Shown here: in pieces, positions 19,269 to 33,470 of the stretch
How positions within the stretch are numbered: the first letter of the stretch is position 1
Layout of the letters: every line of letters begins with the position of its first letter
Assembly (NCBI GenBank): GCA_032718475.1
Contig: JAUCBJ010001416.1
Span: forward strand, 62,001-126,000
Length of the DNA stretch: 64,000 nt
Reading direction: 5' to 3'
From: Nemertoderma westbladi
Lineage: Eukaryota > Animalia > Xenacoelomorpha
Position numbers and translations under genes: made by a program
Notes under the pieces: generated by a model
Database searches by the model: none
What the model saw: only the letters and a program-made list of their open reading frames with translations
What the model was told of the DNA's origin: nothing

Positions 19269-22200
19269 CTACTTTGGGCGGCCGTTCGTCTTAACAGTCC
19301 CCCCGTTCGGTTCCCGAACTGCACACGCTTCCAGTAAAGCGATCATGGCGACCGGCCGCTTATATATGCCACTCGGGGTGCGCACGGTTACCGTCCTTAC
19401 TCGCCCGTCTTCGCTAGGATGTGTCTCTACGATCCGCCCCAGTTCATAGGTATCCTTTAGCTTCCCCGCGGAGATTCGCTCAACCTCTCCTGCGAAGAAT
19501 TCGGATTGATCGCCCTTTATCATTCCGATCTTCGCGTCCTCTAGTTCGTCGACTGAGAGGGGTCCGGAATGTCGAGTCGATCGGTCCCTCCGTTTGATGT
19601 TGTGGATGAATCGCATCACCCACGCAACCCTCCTCAGCGCCTGGCGATAGCGAGAATACCGCCGTAAGTCAATAACCGCCCCTGTCCGACCGGACGAGCG
19701 AAACGAGGCCCCACAAAGTTTGATCTCGGGATCTGTATCGTCCTCCTTAATAATTGGCGATGCGGGCCAATTCCGTGGTTCGGTTCGTAAGAATGGCGGT
19801 CCTTGGAACCATCAGCTCGACTCAACTAGCTCCGCAGCTGCGAGTCCCCTCGTCCCATCATCCGCCGGATTAAGATCCCCCGGTACATGCCGCCAATTCG
19901 TTCGTTCCGACGAATCCATGATTTCGGCAACCCGATTCCCGACGAAGGTGTGGAAACGCCTAGAAGGATTTCCTATCCACCGCAGCACCGTTGTGGAATC
20001 AGACCAATAGACAGTTCGGGAAATTACCATCCTTAGCCCTCCCCTTAAAGTCTCAGCTAAGCGGATCCCCAGCACCGCCGCCTGGAGTTCCAGTCGAGGT
20101 ATGGACAGTCGTTTCATTGGCGCCAACCTGCTCTTCCCCGCAATGAAGGAGCATCGCGCCGACTTGTCGCTGAGTTCCGAACGAACATACGCCACACACG
20201 CGAAGCCTTCTTCGGATGCGTCGCAGAAAACGTGGATCTCGCGGCCCACCGCTAACCCTGAGAGTCCCGTTTCGTACCATCGGGGAATTCGCAGGCCCGA
20301 CAGATTTTTCGCATCGTCTTTCCATCCCAGCCATATCTCGAGAACCTCATTCGGTACAGGTTTGTCCCAATCCATCTTTAACGCCCAGAGTTTCTGCATG
20401 ATACATTTAGCAACGAATATTACGGGAACGAGGAATCCTAGTGGATCGAAAATAGAACTTATTGTGGACAGAATTTCCCGTTTCGACCATTTCCCAGCTA
20501 ATCCCAAGCGCTCGATCCGTTGGTAAGTCGTCCCCGGCCAAGTCGATGGTTGGCGTTGCCCGCTCCTCCGACGGTACGGTCCCGAGTAGTTCCCGCGAAC
20601 TACTGGCCCACTTTACGAGGTGCATCCCGTAATCCTTGAGTCGTTCCCGTAGCCCGCTCACTAACGCAATGGCCTGTGCGGTCTCGGCTGTCGATCCCAA
20701 TAGGTCGTCCGAATAAAAGGATTCCAGGACCGCGCGCCGTATGTCCGGGGGGCACGGGTCATCCAGGACGGCAGACCTCAACGCGTAACACGCGCACGCC
20801 TGGGAGCAGATAACGCCGAATACCTGAACCGTCATCTGATAAGTGAGTATCGGTTCGGTAACGCTATGGCGCCAGAGAAACCGCAGTGAGCGTTGATCCC
20901 GTTCCGGTACACGAATTTGGTGGTACATCGCTTTAATATCGGCGGCGAATGCGATTTTGTTTTGCCGGAATCGCATGAGAACTCCCGCCAAGGTGTTTAA
21001 CAAGTCCGGTCCCGAGTAAAGCTTATCGTTAAGCGCTACCCCCCGGTGGCGGTTGGCAGCGTTAAATACGACGCGCACCTTTCCCGGTTTCTTAGCCGAG
21101 ACTACGCCGTGATGGGGAAGATACCAGACTCGGTCGTCTTTCTTCTCTAACTCTTCCTTCGTGGTGCGGCGCGCATATCCGTCCGTAATATACGAGCCCA
21201 ACATTTCCCGATAGAGTTTTTCGAACAGAGAGTTTTTAGAGAATTTCCTTTCCAACGACAAGAGTTGCGAACGCGCCGTGGCTCGATTGTCTGTGAGTTT
21301 CAGTCTCGATTCCTTCCACGGCATCCCGACCATAAAGCGACCGCTAGGTAACCTTTTCTTGGAGGCTTCCATCATTTTCATCGCCGTACGGTCGTCGTGC
21401 GAAGTCGGCCGATCCTCATTAAACTTCGTCCCAAAGCCCTCCGTGGTCCAAAACTCCTCGAGCTGTTTATCCAATTTCCCATCGCCCGCCTTCCCCGTCA
21501 CCCCGCAATGTTTCCGTGTAACCCTCGACCCTCTACCAGCGCCCACCGGCCCCCATACCGTCCAGCCGCACAGAGTCCGTAGTGCATAAGGCTGCCCCGG
21601 GTCCCCCCGTTTTACCTCTAAGGGGCAGACTATCTCAGGTACGTTGGCGCCAATGAGTGCTATAACCCGCGAGTAATCCACATCTGTCGGTATTGGTATA
21701 CCGACGAGATGAGGATACGATGTTGTGAGGTTATCGCATGACATACGGCGCCTCGGTACATTTATAACGGAGATAGTCCACGCCTCGCCCACTTCCACAG
21801 CCTTGTGGCTCCCATCCCGCGGCCCAATACCGAAAGCCACCCTCCGCGCCTCCCGTTGCGGCCCATCCCGTTCGACATTCCCTATCGTTAATGTGCGCCG
21901 TTCACCCCCCAACCTGAGTTTATTCGCGACCTCGTCGACAATCAAAGTCAGTTCGCTACACGGATCCAGCATGACGACGCCCTCTACCATCGTCCCTCCT
22001 TTCCCATAAAGCCGGCACGGTACAATAGGGAGGAGAACGCCGCCGTCCTCCTCCCACCCCGTCGCGTGGTCGTCCGATACCACGTCGCAATCCGCCGTAG
22101 CCGCCGAGTAACCGGATCTCTCTTTCCCGATTCCCGTTATCCCACCGCCGATCCTCGAGTTTAGTTCGTTGAAGGCCGTGTGTAAGAGGGGATGATGCCG

Positions 22201-24357
22201 CCGTTCGCAACCCCCTGCGTCGCACGGTACCGGCTTCGGGCAGTCGCCGCCCCGATGGCCCGCTTCCAAACACTTAAAACAGAGTTCGAGTACGTGGACT
22301 TTATCCATTTGTTGCTTCGTCGTTAGACCCTTAAAGTTCTCACAGTTTCTCGTTGTGTGATCCCCCTGACAGAGGACGCAACAGTCCATAGAGCGGCAGG
22401 ATACCGAATGGCTAACCGAGTTCGGGTTCTCCGATCTCGTCCCCTTCCTCACGTCCCCAGAGACAAGCGCTACCGCGCGTTTAGCCAAGGTTTCTTCTCT
22501 CGGCTTTACGAACCGTGGCTTCCCGATCCCGGAGCTGTAGTTGGTAAACTCGCTTAAGTCTGTCGTGGTTGGCTCGAACAGCGCTCGCACACAGCGACCC
22601 AACCATGTCTCCAGGTGTATCAGCGATGGGTCTTCCGGTGTTCCGCGACCGGAACCCTCTCTGATATTTACGCAATGCTGCTGCCACTTCCATTGCAGGT
22701 GATCGGGCAGCCGCATATAGACCCGCCGCAGCGTTTCCACAGAGTATATGTCCGCGAGATTACCCATGGCCCGTAGTGTATAAATACACAGAGTTATATT
22801 CGTATGGAACTGTCTCAATGCCGCCTTGTCCCGCGCGGGGATCTGTTTCCCCTCCGCGATAGAGTTTATAAAGACCCGGGAGACGAGTGACGGATGCGCG
22901 AACTGCCATTTAAGAGTCTGGAGCACCTGGGCGTAAGCTCCACCGCTGCAACCGTACCCCGCAACGGTATCCTTGGCCGTCCCGTCGAGTTGCCCTTGAA
23001 GCAGCGCGAGGCGACGAGCATCCGTATAATGTACACGACGGTGTACGAGCTCGTAAAACCGCTCGATGAACTGCGGCCACTGAATCGGGTTCCCGTCGAA
23101 CCGCAGCAGCCGCACCTCCGGCGCGCCCCGTTCGTCCCCGAGTCGCATTAGCGCCACCTCCAGACTCTGTGCTCCTTCGCCACCCCGAACTACAGTTTCC
23201 ATTCCGGGGATGAGTTCGTCAATCCACGAATCGACCGACCCTACCCAGGGATCCGCGGAAGAATGGGGAGTCCGATCCCTGGGGATAAAGCGTTGTGCAT
23301 GGGCGTCTAGTCGCCCGTAATCCTCTGGCGCCCCGTCGTCCATTGATCGAGCCGAAGGTTTTATAGGCGGAAGGTTGTAGGCGGCCCCCACATCCATCGG
23401 CTTAACCTCTGTCACAGTCCGAGAGTTCCCGAATAAACCCAAGGGTTTCCTATCCGCCCAAAGGTTGTTGTCGTCCGACACAGCCGGGATTTCCACAACA
23501 CCACCGTCCACCGTGGCGCCATGCCGCATCCCAGCCATGGCCCGTTACGACCGGGACTTCTGCAATGCCACCCTGACATTGCACCGCACCCCGACCATAG
23601 TCCGTTACGACCGGGACTTCTGCAATGTCACCCTGACATTGCACCGCACCCCGACCATAGTCCTGTAGTCCGTTACGACCGGGACTTCTGCAATGCCACC
23701 CTGACATTGCACCGCACCCCGACCATAGTCCGTTACGACCGGGGTTGCCACAACGCCACCCTGACATTGTGCCGCACCCCGAATCTCGCGTCCTTCTTCC
23801 TCCGATTTCGGTTCCGGCCTGGGGGAGGATGAAGCCATTGGCTGGGGGCCGCATTGTGTACGTACCGGTACACTTTCCGACCCCATGACCGCCCGTACCT
23901 GTGTGACACCCGAGTTATCTGTTGCCGCCCACCATTCCGTGTTTCCCTGAGGCGAGACGGTGAACCCGAATGGTTCAGGTCCGTCCGTCCCTTCACCCCT
24001 GACCGCGCCACCGTGACACGGTCTGGCATCCTCAGTTCCTGGATCCAACTCACCGTCGAACTCCCGAAGCCTGCCCGAGAGTCCTTCCTCGCAGTCCTCC
24101 TTAGCTTCTTCCTCCCAGAGTCGCGCTTCGAATTCCACCTCAGCAGCCTCTCGTATCAGTTTTTCCAGCCCGCGTTCATCGGAGATCCTCAATTCTTCCA
24201 GTTTACGTTCCTCGGAGATCCTCAATTCTTCCAGTTTACGTTCCTGTTCCTGATGTATCCATCCTCGTTCCTTTATTGCCCTCAACTGTTCCTTACGGAT
24301 CCATTCCCGTTCGGCTTGAACTCGGAAGCCGATCATCCGAGCTCCCATGTTTGGCAA
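19269..24357 (-). pseudogene. Fragmented BEL gag-pol (ORFs 23605-24357, 20407-23538, 19812-20507, 19269-19619)
   Basis: FDGNPIQWPQF; BEL triple knuckle CVLCQGDH..C, CFKCLEAGH..C, CERRHHPLLH; protease MLDPCSE; RT WYLPHHGV, KVRVVFNA, ADIKAMYHQI, FYSDD; RNase H HVFCDASEEG, IPRLELQAA, WSDSTTVL, NPADDGTRG; integrase tail GRIVETHPSEDGRVRTV..RPV. Confidence 0.88.
23542..23782 (-). repeat. 60-bp tandem repeat (4 units) inside BEL gag
   Basis: Unit CCGTTACGACCGGGACTTCTGCAATGCCACCCTGACATTGCACCGCACCCCGACCATAGT encodes YGRGAVQCQGGIAEVPVVTD. An 8-bp insertion near 23662 shifts the frame. Confidence 0.85.
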
Positions 24358-24739
24358 GTCGTGCCGCCGAACTTGCCGTGGTTTTAGCCCTACCGGTGGG
24401 GGAGGGAGGATGCTCGACTGCGCCCGTCTTGGGTATCGTTGATCGCTGGTTCCGTATTGCCAGAATCCCCACGGATGGTGTCATCCATAGTTCGGTAGTA
24501 TCCGGTTCGAATGTAAAAAGGGGGTGTGTGCAGACTATCTACCAGGCCAGCGTGTGGTTGCCTTCGATTCCCTATAAGGTTCGTGGAGTGTGTGGGGAGT
24601 GCGGTAGCCTGGTATGTGCTTGCCCTTTTTTAAAGAGTATGCCTATACGAGAGGGGTAGGGGGGGGGGGGGGGGGGGGTTGTCCGGGTGGTTAACTTCCT
24701 AGATCTAGAGATCGGCGAGCCCGTGATTCGTTTTCACCA

Positions 24740-25764
24740 TGACGAAAACATAAAGAAAAATAGTTAAATACGTTCAGTGTAGAGGTTTAATTTTTATTTA
24801 ATTTCAATCAGACAGTAAAATTTAGCCGCAAAATTGCATTAATAATAATAATAAAATTACCGGTCCGGCCGGGACCAAAAGAAAAACATTTAGTTAAATG
24901 GCATGACAGTTGGCTGGGGTTCGTAGGCTACTGACGAATGAATCCCATAACTATAGTTTATATACCAAAACTCAACCAATATAAAAGGTGTTAACAGATT
25001 ACCGAACAAACTGCACATTACCTCAACAGGCAGACAAGCAAACGAGCTATAATCAGTTTGACCCTTGCAACAATAGAGTAACACAGCTTCAACCATCCTA
25101 ACATAGGCTATTATTAGCTACAACATTCAAAGCAATAATGTCACAAAGCCAAGCCTTGAATACACCCCCCCCCCCCCCCCCCTCTCCCGAAAGGAATCCT
25201 CCAATCAAAACTTACAAAAGCAATAATGGCCACATATTATCCTACAACTTTACAGAAGCCAATCGTGTTTACATATCCAATATAGCAGCTAAGTACGCCC
25301 ACCCCAAGCAATACCCGAGCCCGCCCCAGGCGAGGTATAAAGGTACATACCAATAATAAACGAGCTAAAAATAAACCCAATAATCAACTCGCGGCCCACC
25401 AATAAAAATCATAACCAAATAGATGTCGCCACAGCCAATATACAAGTACGCACACCAACAAAATCAATACAGAACAAGCCCTAAGCCGAAAATAATCACC
25501 CAGCAAATAGATCAACATTATAGATTGTACGCCGAAAAATAATACACTAAATAAATAATTAAAGACATAAATAACTTATATGCCGAAATAATAGACCGCA
25601 TAGATTACATAGGATAAATTGCAAGCTAAAAATAGTACACCAAACAGATAGGACACAAAGCAAATCACATGTCAAAAATAATGCATTAAATAAATAATAT
25701 AAACATCAGGCTAAAAAACTAATTTCCCCGTGGAGTCTACTTTGGTCGGCCGTTCGTCTTAACA
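24740..25764 (-). repeat. 5' LTR of the decayed BEL element (~1025 bp)
   Basis: TG...CA ends. The outer end is confirmed by the 63-bp match at 19234-19296. The inner end is inferred from the adjacent TGG. Confidence 0.65.
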
Positions 25765-25840
25765 GTAATCAGCTGTTATTTGCGTCCAATTTCCCCTGGA
25801 GAGGGATGAATTTTTATTGTGTCCAGCCCCCCCATCTGGG
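25765..25840 (+). repeat. Dispersed short repeat, also present at ~62893-62970
   Basis: GTAATCAGCTGTTATTTGCGTC(C/G)AATTTCCCCTGGAGAGGGATGAATTTTTATT is found at both sites. Confidence 0.7.
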
Positions 25841-26309
25841 CTTTTAAGGACAATTCAGCACAAGTAATACTGTAATATTAAATAGTCATGTGTATCAATT
25901 CGAAATACAGTTTGGATGTTTTATTTTTGATAATTTTATTTTATTCATTATAAAGAAGGTTAAGCCTAAATTAAGTGAAGTGCCATTATTGAATTCCCAG
26001 ATGAACTGCCCGTAGATTTATATAGAGCTGTTTTTTGGAATAACATTATATCTCCTGTTTACAACGACTTAGCCAAATCCTACTTCATAGGCCTAGAGGT
26101 CGCATCTGGTGTTCGGTTTCAAATAATAAATTTATAGCACTCCATACAGTATAGGCTTGTAGTACAGTAGTAGGCCTATCTGTATCTCTCTCAGTAGGCT
26201 ATAGTACAGGTCATGAGCCCGACAACCCGAACGTGCACACCTGATGCATGAGTTTATTACTTATTACATTTATGTTCCTCAGTAGGCCTAGTATTGTATT
26301 ACGTTACAT

Positions 26310-29300
26310 ATTTATGTTACTATTCTCCGCGGGCATTTTACCTTATGTTACTATTCCCTGGGCATTCTACCTTATGTTCCTATTCCTCGGCCATTCTACC
26401 TTATGTTACTATTCCCCGGCCATTCTACCTTATGTTCCTATTCCTCGGCCATTCTACCTTATGTTACTATTCCCCGGCCATTCTACCTTATGTTCCTATT
26501 CCTCGGCCATTCTACCTTATGTTACTATTCCCCGGGCATTCTACCTTATGTTACTATTCACCCGGGCATTCTACCTTATGTTACTATTCCCCGGCCATTC
26601 TACCTTATGTTACTATTCCCCGGGCATTCTACCTTATGTTACTATTCCCCGGGCATTCTACCTTATGTTACTATTCCCCGGCCATTCTACCTTATGTTAC
26701 TATTCCCCGGCCATTCTACCTTATGTTACTATTCCCCGGCCATTCTACCTTATGTTACTATTCCCCGGCCATTCTACCTTATGTTACTATTCCCCGGGGC
26801 ATTCTACCTTATGTTACTATTCACCCGGGCATTCTACCTTATGTTACTATTCTCCGGCCATTCTACCTTATGTTACTATTCACCCGGGCATTCTACCTTA
26901 TGTTACTATTCTCCGGCCATTCTACCTTATGTTACTATTCACCCGGGCATTCTATCTTATGTTACTATTCCCCGGTCATTCTACCTTATGTTACTATTCC
27001 CCGGGCATTCTACCTTATGTTACTATTCCCCGGCCATTCTACCTTATGTTACTATTCCCCGGCATTCTACCTTATGTTACTATTCCCCGGGCATTCTACC
27101 TTATGTTACTATTCCCCGGGCATTCTACCTTATGTTACTATTCCCCGGCCATTCTACCTTATGTTACTATTCCCCGAGCATTCTACCTTATGTTACTATT
27201 CACCCGGGCATTCTACCTTATGTTACTATTCCCCGGGCATTCTACCTTATGTTACTATTCCCCGGCCATTCTACCTTATGTTCCTATTCCTCGGCCATTC
27301 TACCTTATGTTACTATTCCCAGGGCATTCTACCTTATGTTACTATTCTCCGCAGGCATTCTACCTATGTTACTATTCCCTGGGGCATTCTACCTTATGTT
27401 ACTATTCCCTGGGGCATTCTACCTTATCTTACTATTCCCCGGCCATTCTACCTAATGTTACTATTCCCCGGCCATTCTACCTTATGTTACTATTCCCCGA
27501 GCATTCTACCTTATGTTACTATTCCACAGGGATTCTACCTTATGTTACTATTCCCCGGACATTCTACCTTATGTTACTATTCGCCCGGGCATTCTACCTT
27601 ATGTTACTATTCCCCGGGCATTCTACCATTACTATTCCCGGGGCATTCTACTTATGTTTACTCCCCGGGCATTCTACCTTATGTTACTATTCCCCGGACA
27701 TTCTACCTTATGTTACTATTCTCCGCTGGCATTCTACCTTATGTTACTATTCTCCGCAGGCATTCTACCTTATGTTACTATTCCCTGGGGCATTCTACCT
27801 TATGTTACTATTCCCTGGGGCATTCTACCTTATGTTACTATTCCCTGGGGCATTCTACCTTATGTTACTATTCCCTGGGGCATTCTACCTTATGTTACTA
27901 TTCCCCGGGCATTCTACCTTATGTTCCTATTCCTCGGCCATTCTACCTTATGTTACTATTCCCCGGGCATTATACCATATGTTACTATTCCCCGGCCATT
28001 CTACCTTATGTTACTATTCACCCGGGCATTCTACCTTATGTTACTATTCCCCGGGCATTCTACCTTATGTTACTATTCCCCGGGCATTATACCTTATGTT
28101 ACTATTCCCCGGCCATTCTACCTTATGTTACTATTCCCCGGGCATTCTACCTTATGTTACTATTCCCCGGGCATTCTACCTTATGTTACTATTCCCCGGC
28201 CATTCTACCTTATGTTACTACTGTATTCCCCGGCCATTCTACATTATGTTACTATTGCCCGGGCATTCTACCTTATGTTACTATTCCCCGGGCATTCTAC
28301 CTTATGTTACTATTCCCCGGGCATTCTACCTTATGTTACTATTCCCCGGCCATTCTACCTTATGTTACTATTCCCCGGGCATTCTACCTTATGTTACTAT
28401 TCCCCGAGCATTCTACCTTATGTTACTATTCCACAGGGATTCTACCTTATGTTACTATTCCCCGGCCATTCTACCTTATGTTACTATTCCCCGGCCATTC
28501 TACCTTATGTTACTATTCCCCGGCCATTCTACCTTATGTTACTATTCACCCGGGCATTCTACCTTATGTTACTATTCCCTGGGGCATTCTACCTTATGTT
28601 ACTATTCCCCGGCCATTCTACCTTATGTTACTATTCACCCGGGCATTCTACCTTATGTTACTATTCCCCGGGCATTCTACCTTATGTTACTATTCTCCGC
28701 AGGCATTCTACCTTATGTTACTATTCCCTGGGGCATTCTACCTTATGTTACTATTCCCTGGGGCATTCTACCTTATGTTACTATTCCCCCGGCATTCTAC
28801 CTTATGTTACTATTCTCCGCAGGCATTCTACCTTATGTTACTATTCCCCGGCCATTCTACCTATGTTACTATTCCCCGGGCATTCTACCTTATGTTACTA
28901 TTCCCCGGCCATTCTACCTTATGTTACTATTCCCCGGGCATTCTACCTTATGTTACTATTCCCCGGGCATTCTACCTTATGTTACTATTCCCCGGCCATT
29001 CTACCTTATGTTACTATTCCCCGGGCATTCTACCTTATGTTACTATTCCCCGGGCATTCTACCTTATGTTACTATTCCCAGGGCATTCTACCTTATGTTA
29101 CTATTCCCCGGCCATTCTACCTTATGTTACTATTCACCCGGGCATTCTACCTTATGTTACTATTCCCCGGCCATTCTACCTTATGTTACTATTCCCCGGG
29201 CATTCTACCTTATGTTACTATTCCCCGGCCATTCTACCTTATGTTACTATTCCCCGGGCATTCTACCTTATGTTACTATTCCCCGGCCATTCTACCTTAT

Positions 29301-32300
29301 GTTACTATTCCCCGGCCATTCTACCTTATGTTACTATTCCCCGGGCATTCTACCTTATGTTACTATTCCCCGGGCATTCTACCTTATGTTACTATTCCCC
29401 GGCCATTCTACCTTATGTTACTATTCCCCGGCATTCTACCTTATGTTACTATTCTCCGCAGGCATTCTACCTTATGTTACTATTCCCCGGCCATTCTACC
29501 TTATGTTACTATTCCCCGGGCATTCTACCTTATGTTACTATTCCCCGGCCATTCTACCTTATGTTACTATTCCCCGGGCATTCTACCTTATGTTACTATT
29601 CCCCGGCCATTCTACCTTATGTTACTATTCCCCGGCCATTCTACCTTATGTTACTATTCCCCGGCCATTCTACCTTATGTTACTATTCACCCGGGCATTC
29701 TACCTTATGTTACTATTCCCTGGGGCATTCTACCTTATGTTACTATTCCCCGGCCATTCTACCTTATGTTACTATTCACCCGGGCATTCTACCTTATGTT
29801 ACTATTCCCCGGTCATTCTACCTTATGTTACTATTCCCCGGGCATTCTACCTTATGTTACTATTCCCCGGCCATTCTACCTTATGTTACTATTCCCCGGC
29901 ATTCTACCTTATGTTACTATTCCCCGGGCATTCTACCTTATGTTACTATTCCCCGGGCATTCTACCTTATGTTACTATTCCCCGGCCATTCTACCTTATG
30001 TTACTATTCCCCGAGCATTCTACCTTATGTTACTATTCACCCGGGCATTCTACCTTATGTTACTATTCCCCGGGCATTCTACCTTATGTTACTATTCCCC
30101 GGCCATTCTACCTTATGTTCCTATTCCTCGGCCATTCTACCTTATGTTACTATTCCCAGGGCATTCTACCTTATGTTACTATTCTCCGCAGGCATTCTAC
30201 CTATGTTACTATTCCCTGGGGCATTCTACCTTATGTTACTATTCCCTGGGGCATTCTACCTTATCTTACTATTCCCCGGCCATTCTACCTAATGTTACTA
30301 TTCCCCGGCCATTCTACCTTATGTTACTATTCCCCGAGCATTCTACCTTATGTTACTATTCCACAGGGCATTCTACCTTATGTTACTATTCCCCGGACAT
30401 TCTACCTTATGTTACTATTCGCCCGGGCATTCTACCTTATGTTACTATTCCCCGGGCATTCTACCATTACTATTCCCGGGGCATTCTACTTATGTTTACT
30501 CCCCGGGCATTCTACCTTATGTTACTATTCCCCGGACATTCTACCTTATGTTACTATTCTCCGCTGGCATTCTACCTTATGTTACTATTCTCCGCAGGCA
30601 TTCTACCTTATGTTACTATTCCCTGGGGCATTCTACCTTATGTTACTATTCCCTGGGGCATTCTACCTTATGTTACTATTCCCTGGGGCATTCTACCTTA
30701 TGTTACTATTCCCTGGGGCATTCTACCTTATGTTACTATTCCCCGGGCATTCTACCTTATGTTCCTATTCCTCGGCCATTCTACCTTATGTTACTATTCC
30801 CCGGGCATTATACCATATGTTACTATTCCCCGGCCATTCTACCTTATGTTACTATTCACCCGGGCATTCTACCTTATGTTACTATTCCCCGGGCATTCTA
30901 CCTTATGTTCCTATTCCTCGGCCATTCTACCTTATGTTACTATTCCCCGGGCATTATACCTTATGTTACTATTCCCCGGCCATTCTACCTTATGTTACTA
31001 TTCCCCGGGCATTCTACCTTATGTTACTATTCCCCGGGCATTCTACCTTATGTTACTATTCCCCGGCCATTCTACCTTATGTTACTACTGTATTCCCCGG
31101 CCATTCTACATTATGTTACTATTGCCCGGGCATTCTACCTTATGTTACTATTCCCCGGGCATTCTACCTTATGTTACTATTCCCCGGGCATTCTACCTTA
31201 TGTTACTATTCCCCGGCCATTCTACCTTATGTTACTATTCCCCGGGCATTCTACCTTATGTTACTATTCCCCGAGCATTCTGCCTTATGTTACTATTCCA
31301 CAGGGATTCTACCTTATGTTACTATTCCCCGGCCATTCTACCTTATGTTACTATTCCCCGGCCATTCTACCTTATGTTACTATTCCCCGGCCATTCTACC
31401 TTATGTTACTATTCACCCGGGCATTCTACCTTATGTTACTATTCCCTGGGGCATTCTACCTTATGTTACTATTCCCCGGCCATTCTACCTTATGTTACTA
31501 TTCACCCGGGCATTCTACCTTATGTTACTATTCCCCGGGCATTCTACCTTATGTTACTATTCTCCGCAGGCATTCTACCTTATGTTACTATTGCCTGGGG
31601 CATTCTACCTTATGTTACTATTCCCTGGGGCATTCTACCTTATGTTACTATTCCCCCGGCATTCTACCTTATGTTACTATTCTCCGCAGGCATTCTACCT
31701 TATGTTACTATTCCCCGGCCATTCTACCTATGTTACTATTCCCCGGGCATTCTACCTTATGTTACTATTCCCCGGCCATTCTACCTTATGTTACTATTCC
31801 CCGGGCATTCTACCTTATGTTACTATTCCCCGGGCATTCTACCTTATGTTACTATTCACCCGGGCATTCTACCTTATGTTACTATTCCCTGGGGCATTCT
31901 ACCTTATGTTACTATTCCCCAAGCATTCTACCTTATTTTACTATTCCACAGGGATTCTACCTTATGTTACTATTCCCCGGCCATTCTACCTTATGTTACT
32001 ATTCCCCGGCCATTCTACCTTATGTTACTATTCCCCGGCCATTCTACCTTATGTTACTATTCCCCGGCCATTCTACCTTATGTTCCTATTCCTCGGCCAT
32101 TCTACCTTGTTACTATTCCCCGGGCATTCTACCTTATGTTACTATTCACCCGGGCATTCTACCTTATGTTACTATTCCCCGGCCATTCTACCTTATGTTA
32201 CTATTCCCCGGGCATTCTACCTTATGTTACTATTCCCCGGCCATTCTAACTTATGTTACTATTCCCCGGCCATTCTACCTTATGTTACTATTCCCCGAGC

Positions 32301-33470
32301 ATTCTACCTTATGTTACTATTCCACAGGGATTCTACCTTATGTTACTATTCCCCGGCCATTCTACCTTATGTTACTATTCCCCGGCCATTCTACCTTATG
32401 TTACTATTCCCCGGCCATTCTACCTTATGTTACTATTCACCCGGGCATTCTACCTTATGTTACTATTCCCTGGGGCATTCTACCTTATGTTACTATTCCC
32501 CGGCCATTCTACCTTATGTTACTATTCACCCGGGCATTCTACCTTATGTTACTATTCCCCGGGCATTCTACCTTATGTTACTATTCTCCGCAGGCATTCT
32601 ACCTTATGTTACTATTCCCTGGGGCATTCTACCTTATGTTACTATTCCCTGGGGCATTCTACCTTATGTTACTATTCCCCCGGCATTCTACCTTATGTTA
32701 CTATTCTCCGCAGGCATTCTACCTTATGTTACTATTCCCCGGCCATTCTACCTATGTTACTATTCCCCGGGCATTCTACCTTATGTTACTATTCCCCGGC
32801 CATTCTACCTTATGTTACTATTCCCCGGGCATTCTACCTTATGTTACTATTCCCCGGGCATTCTACCTTATGTTACTATTCACCCGGGCATTCTACCTTA
32901 TGTTACTATTCCCTGGGGCATTCTACCTTATGTTACTATTCCCCAAGCATTCTACCTTATTTTACTATTCCACAGGGATTCTACCTTATGTTACTATTCC
33001 CCGGCCATTCTACCTTATGTTACTATTCCCCGGCCATTCTACCTTATGTTACTATTCCCCGGCCATTCTACCTTATGTTACTATTCACCCGGGCATTCTA
33101 CCTTATGTTACTATTCCCTGGGGCATTCTACCTTATGTTACTATTCCCTGGGGCATTCTACCTTATGTTACTATTCTCCGGCCATTCTACCTTATGTTAC
33201 TATTCACCCGGGCATTCTACCTTATGTTACTATTCCCCGGACATTCTACCTTATGTTACTATTCTCCGCAGGCATTCTACCTTATGTTACTATTCCCTGG
33301 GGCATTCTACCTTATGTTACTATTCCCTGGGGCATTCTACCTTATGTTACTATTCCCCCGGCATTCTACCTTATGTTACTATTATCCGCAGGTATTCTAC
33401 GTTATGTTACTATTCCCCGGGTATTCTACCTTATGTTACTATTCACCCTCTTACTATTCCCCGGGCATTC
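26310..33470. repeat. ~29-bp satellite array (~7.1 kb, roughly 240 units) with higher-order duplications
   Basis: Constant core CATTCTACCTTATGTTACTATT plus a variable GC linker (CCCCGGG, CCCCGGC, CACCCGGG, CCCTGGGG, CTCCGCAGG). Confidence 0.97.

Larger units (their letters stand above)
19234..25764 (-). mobile_element. Decayed BEL/Pao LTR retrotransposon with integrase core deleted and 3' LTR truncated
   Basis: A 63-bp LTR remnant at 19234-19296 matches 25702-25764. PPT GGGGGAC. Putative PBS TGGTGAAAACG adjacent to an LTR edge at 24740. BEL gag/PR/RT/RH motifs present. Confidence 0.88.

Noticed and set aside
24658-24678. Long G run as an element-specific G-quadruplex
   Set aside because: Poly-G/C runs are scattered throughout the window, so it is not specific.
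26310-33470. CRISPR-like look (constant repeat with variable inserts)
   Set aside because: Inserts are only 6-9 bp and reused many times. No cas genes, and the context is eukaryotic.
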